A DNA stretch of 64,000 nucleotides from positions 32,001 to 96,000 of the forward strand of contig CAXXGI010000001.1 of NCBI GenBank assembly GCA_963674695.2. Reading direction: 5' to 3'. Each line of letters starts with the position of its first letter. The stretch's first letter is position 1. This DNA comes from a bacterium. GTDB taxonomy: Bacteria > UBA10199 > 2-02-FULL-44-16 > JAAZCA01. The notes beneath the pieces were generated by a model, which was given only the letters and a program-made list of their open reading frames with translations, was not told where the DNA came from and searched no databases. This document shows positions 61,573 to 64,000 of this stretch, piece by piece. The translations under genes were made by a program, and so were the position numbers.

Positions 61573-62670
61573 ATGAAACGAACGCTCATCGCCCTTGTCT
61601 TCCTCCTCACCGCCCTGCCGGTCACCTGCGTGCACGCGCAGGGACCAATCGTCGCCACGGATCTGGCCGGGCGCACCGTCACACTCTCGCAACCCGCAAA
61701 ACGTCTGGTGGCCATCGGCCCGGGGTCGCTGCGCCTACTGGTCTATCTCGGCGCACAGGACTCGGTCGTCGGCATCGAGGAGATGGAAAAGCGCATGTCG
61801 CGCGAGATCGCCGAGCGCCCCTATGCCGCCGTCCTGCCGGATGCCTTCTTCGAAAAAGCGATCGTCGCCGGCGGCGGGCCCGGAAAGATGCCCGACCTCG
61901 AGCGCCTCATCCGCCTCAGCCCCGACCTCGTCGTCGCCACGACGCTGACGCGCACACAGGCCGCGAACCTCGCCCACCGAACCGGCATCCCGGTGGCGGT
62001 GATGAGCTACGGTGAACTCGGCGTGCTGCGCGACGAGGTGTTCCGATCAATCGAGGTGCTCGGCACACTGCTTGGCCGAAAGGCGCGCGCCGATGAGCTG
62101 GTCGCGTTCATGCGCAACATGCAGACGGAACTTACACGCCGCACCGCCTCCATTCCCCAGGCCCAGCGCCCCACCGCCTACTTCGGCGGAATCTCGCTCA
62201 AGGGGGCACACGGCATCACGAGCACGGAGGCGGGCTATACGCCCGCACGGATGGTGGGAGCCGCCAACCTCGCCGATCGCACGGGGAGAACGGGGCACAT
62301 CACCGTCGACCTGGAACAGATCCTCATCTGGAATCCGGATGCCATTTTCTTCGACCGGGGCGGACGCAGCGTCATCGATCGCGAATACGATCGCGACCGT
62401 ACAATCCTGCGCTCGCTCGCGGCGGTAAAAAGCGGTCGCGTCTATGCGCTGCTGCCCTACAACTATTACAACACGAACATCGAGCTGGCGTTCATCGACG
62501 CGTTTGCCATCGGCAAAGCACTCTCTCCGAAGGCCTTTGCCGACGTGTCGCTGACAAAGAAGGCCGACGAGATTCTGCGTGCCTTCACTGGCCGGGGAGC
62601 GACGAAGGAAGAACTGCCCGCCTTCGCACCGCTCGTACTTCCCGCCGAAGGTGCGCCGCGCTGGAAATAA
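61573..62670 (+). CDS. Iron-siderophore/cobalamin ABC substrate-binding protein
   Basis: Signal peptide; TDLAGRTV...P.KRLV, E.L..L.PDLVV, EQILIWNPD and L.AVK.GRVY. Confidence 0.9.
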   Translation: MKRTLIALVFLLTALPVTCVHAQGPIVATDLAGRTVTLSQPAKRLVAIGPGSLRLLVYLGAQDSVVGIEEMEKRMSREIAERPYAAVLPDAFFEKAIVAGGGPGKMPDLERLIRLSPDLVVATTLTRTQAANLAHRTGIPVAVMSYGELGVLRDEVFRSIEVLGTLLGRKARADELVAFMRNMQTELTRRTASIPQAQRPTAYFGGISLKGAHGITSTEAGYTPARMVGAANLADRTGRTGHITVDLEQILIWNPDAIFFDRGGRSVIDREYDRDRTILRSLAAVKSGRVYALLPYNYYNTNIELAFIDAFAIGKALSPKAFADVSLTKKADEILRAFTGRGATKEELPAFAPLVLPAEGAPRWK

Positions 62671-62682
62671 CAGGAGTCACGC

Positions 62683-63750
62683 TTGAAACGAACGCCGCAC
62701 ACCGATCGCTATCGCATCCATCGCCGTCGGCTGACCGTCATCGCCGCGGGGCTGGGCGTGCTGGCGTTGGCGCTGGCGATCCTCTCGCTCTTCGTCGGCG
62801 CCTATGAGCTCTCCTGTGCGCAACTCATCGCCGCCCTCGGCGGTTGGGGGGATGCACCCCTCGTCCATATCCTCCGCGACATTCGCCTGCCGCGCGCGGC
62901 CGCCGCACTCGTCGCGGGCGCGGGCCTGGGGGCTTCGGGACTCGCGCTCCAGGGGGCGCTGCGCAACCCGCTGGCCAGCCCCTATACGCTGGGCATCTCG
63001 CAGGGCGCGGCCTTCGGCGCGGCATTTGCCATCATCGCGCTCGGCGCGGGGGGATTTTCCGCCCTCCAAGCGGGGACGCTCGCAACCGCCCTCCCCGGAA
63101 TCACCATCGCGTCAGCGCTTTTCGGCGCGCTGGCCACGGCGGCCGTGATCATCCTGCTCTCACGATTTTCCGCACTCACACCCGGCGCACTCATTCTCGT
63201 CGGGGTGGCACTCGCCTCGCTCTTTACGGCGGGGACGATGTTCCTGCAGTATATCGCCACCGACGTGGAACTGGCCGCCGCCATCTTCTGGACCTTCGGC
63301 GATATCGGCCGCGCGCGATGGGTGGAGGTGGCGATCATGGCAACGGTGATCGTCCCGGCAATCCTCATGCTCGCGCTCCGACACCGCTCGCTCGACGCCC
63401 TGCTCTGGGGGGATGACGCCGCGGCCAGCATGGGGGTGCACGTCCACCGCCTGCGCATGGTGCTCATCGCGATCGCCTCGCTCATGGCCGCCATCGCCAC
63501 CGCTTTTTTGGGCGTCATCGGATTTGTGGGGCTCATCGGCCCGCACCTGGCGCGCCTGCTGGTGGGCGAGGAACACCGCGTGCTCCTGCCCGCCTCGATC
63601 GCCTGCAGCGCGGGGCTCCTCATCATCGCCGATTGTCTCGCGCGCATGCTCCTGGCCCCGGTCACGCTGCCGGTCGGCATCTTCACCGCATTCGCCGGCG
63701 CCCCGCTCTTCATCGCACTGCTGCTTAAGCGTCGGGGGGTGACCTCATGA
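62683..63750 (+). CDS. FecCD/BtuC family ABC permease
   Basis: IRLPR, LRNPLASPYTLGISQGA, GDDAA.SMGV and G.IGFVGLI.PH. Confidence 0.93.
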   Translation: MKRTPHTDRYRIHRRRLTVIAAGLGVLALALAILSLFVGAYELSCAQLIAALGGWGDAPLVHILRDIRLPRAAAALVAGAGLGASGLALQGALRNPLASPYTLGISQGAAFGAAFAIIALGAGGFSALQAGTLATALPGITIASALFGALATAAVIILLSRFSALTPGALILVGVALASLFTAGTMFLQYIATDVELAAAIFWTFGDIGRARWVEVAIMATVIVPAILMLALRHRSLDALLWGDDAAASMGVHVHRLRMVLIAIASLMAAIATAFLGVIGFVGLIGPHLARLLVGEEHRVLLPASIACSAGLLIIADCLARMLLAPVTLPVGIFTAFAGAPLFIALLLKRRGVTS

Positions 63751-64000
63751 CGCTCACCGTCTCCGATCTGCGGGTTACCTACGGCCGGCATCCGGTGCTC
63801 GACGCCGTCTCGCTCGCCTGCGCAGCCGGCCAGGTGCTGGCGGTCATGGGGCCGAACGGATCGGGCAAGACGACCCTCATCAAGGCGATCGACCGACTCG
63901 TTCCCATCCGCTCCGGCAGCGTACAGGTGAACAACGTTTCGCTGGCTACGCTTTCGCGTCGAGCAATCGCGCAGCGCATCGCCTACATGCCGCAGCAGTC
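63747..64000 (+). CDS. FecE/BtuD-type ABC ATPase (partial, runs off the window)
   Basis: ATGA overlap with the permease; MTLTVSDLRVTYG...MGPNGSGKTT...IAYMPQ. Confidence 0.9.
   Translation, partial: MTLTVSDLRVTYGRHPVLDAVSLACAAGQVLAVMGPNGSGKTTLIKAIDRLVPIRSGSVQVNNVSLATLSRRAIAQRIAYMPQQ

Overview
This is a GC-rich bacterial chromosome segment. The gene content (vegA-like gene, FHA-sigma54 activator, Cys-rich lipoproteins) suggests a 'Deltaproteobacteria'/Myxococcota-like organism, which is an inference. About 45 CDS are present. Housekeeping and metabolic genes include valS, ligA, nadA, nadC, a pruA-PRODH-rocD operon, malic enzyme, alaC-like, pepF, M16/M24 peptidases and yggS. Envelope and transport genes include SLT, RlpA, M23, mlaEFD, an orphan RND, a CCC-type transporter and an Fe/B12 ABC system. 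The window also has prkA-yeaH-spoVR with a 399-aa LAGLIDADG intein in spoVR, and two toxin-antitoxin pairs (HipBA; HTH-MNT/HEPN). No rRNA, tRNA, CRISPR array or transposase was seen. Five signals stand out. (1) A sigma28/FliA-like motif (AACTTT-N11-13-GCCGAWAW) precedes four dispersed orphan genes, including a 1321-aa protein with a C-terminal JAB/MPN-like motif. (2) Sigma54 and IHF sites with identical near-leaderless geometry precede two peptidoglycan enzymes, one divergent from a double-FHA activator. (3) A Cys-rich lipoprotein gene is split by a single in-frame TAG. (4) Heptamer-armed palindromes and 7/8/9-mer microrepeats occur throughout, some in frame within valS. (5) A CHASE2 cyclase lacks its catalytic Asn/Arg. 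Start codons were re-chosen by eye where the ORF track was over-extended.
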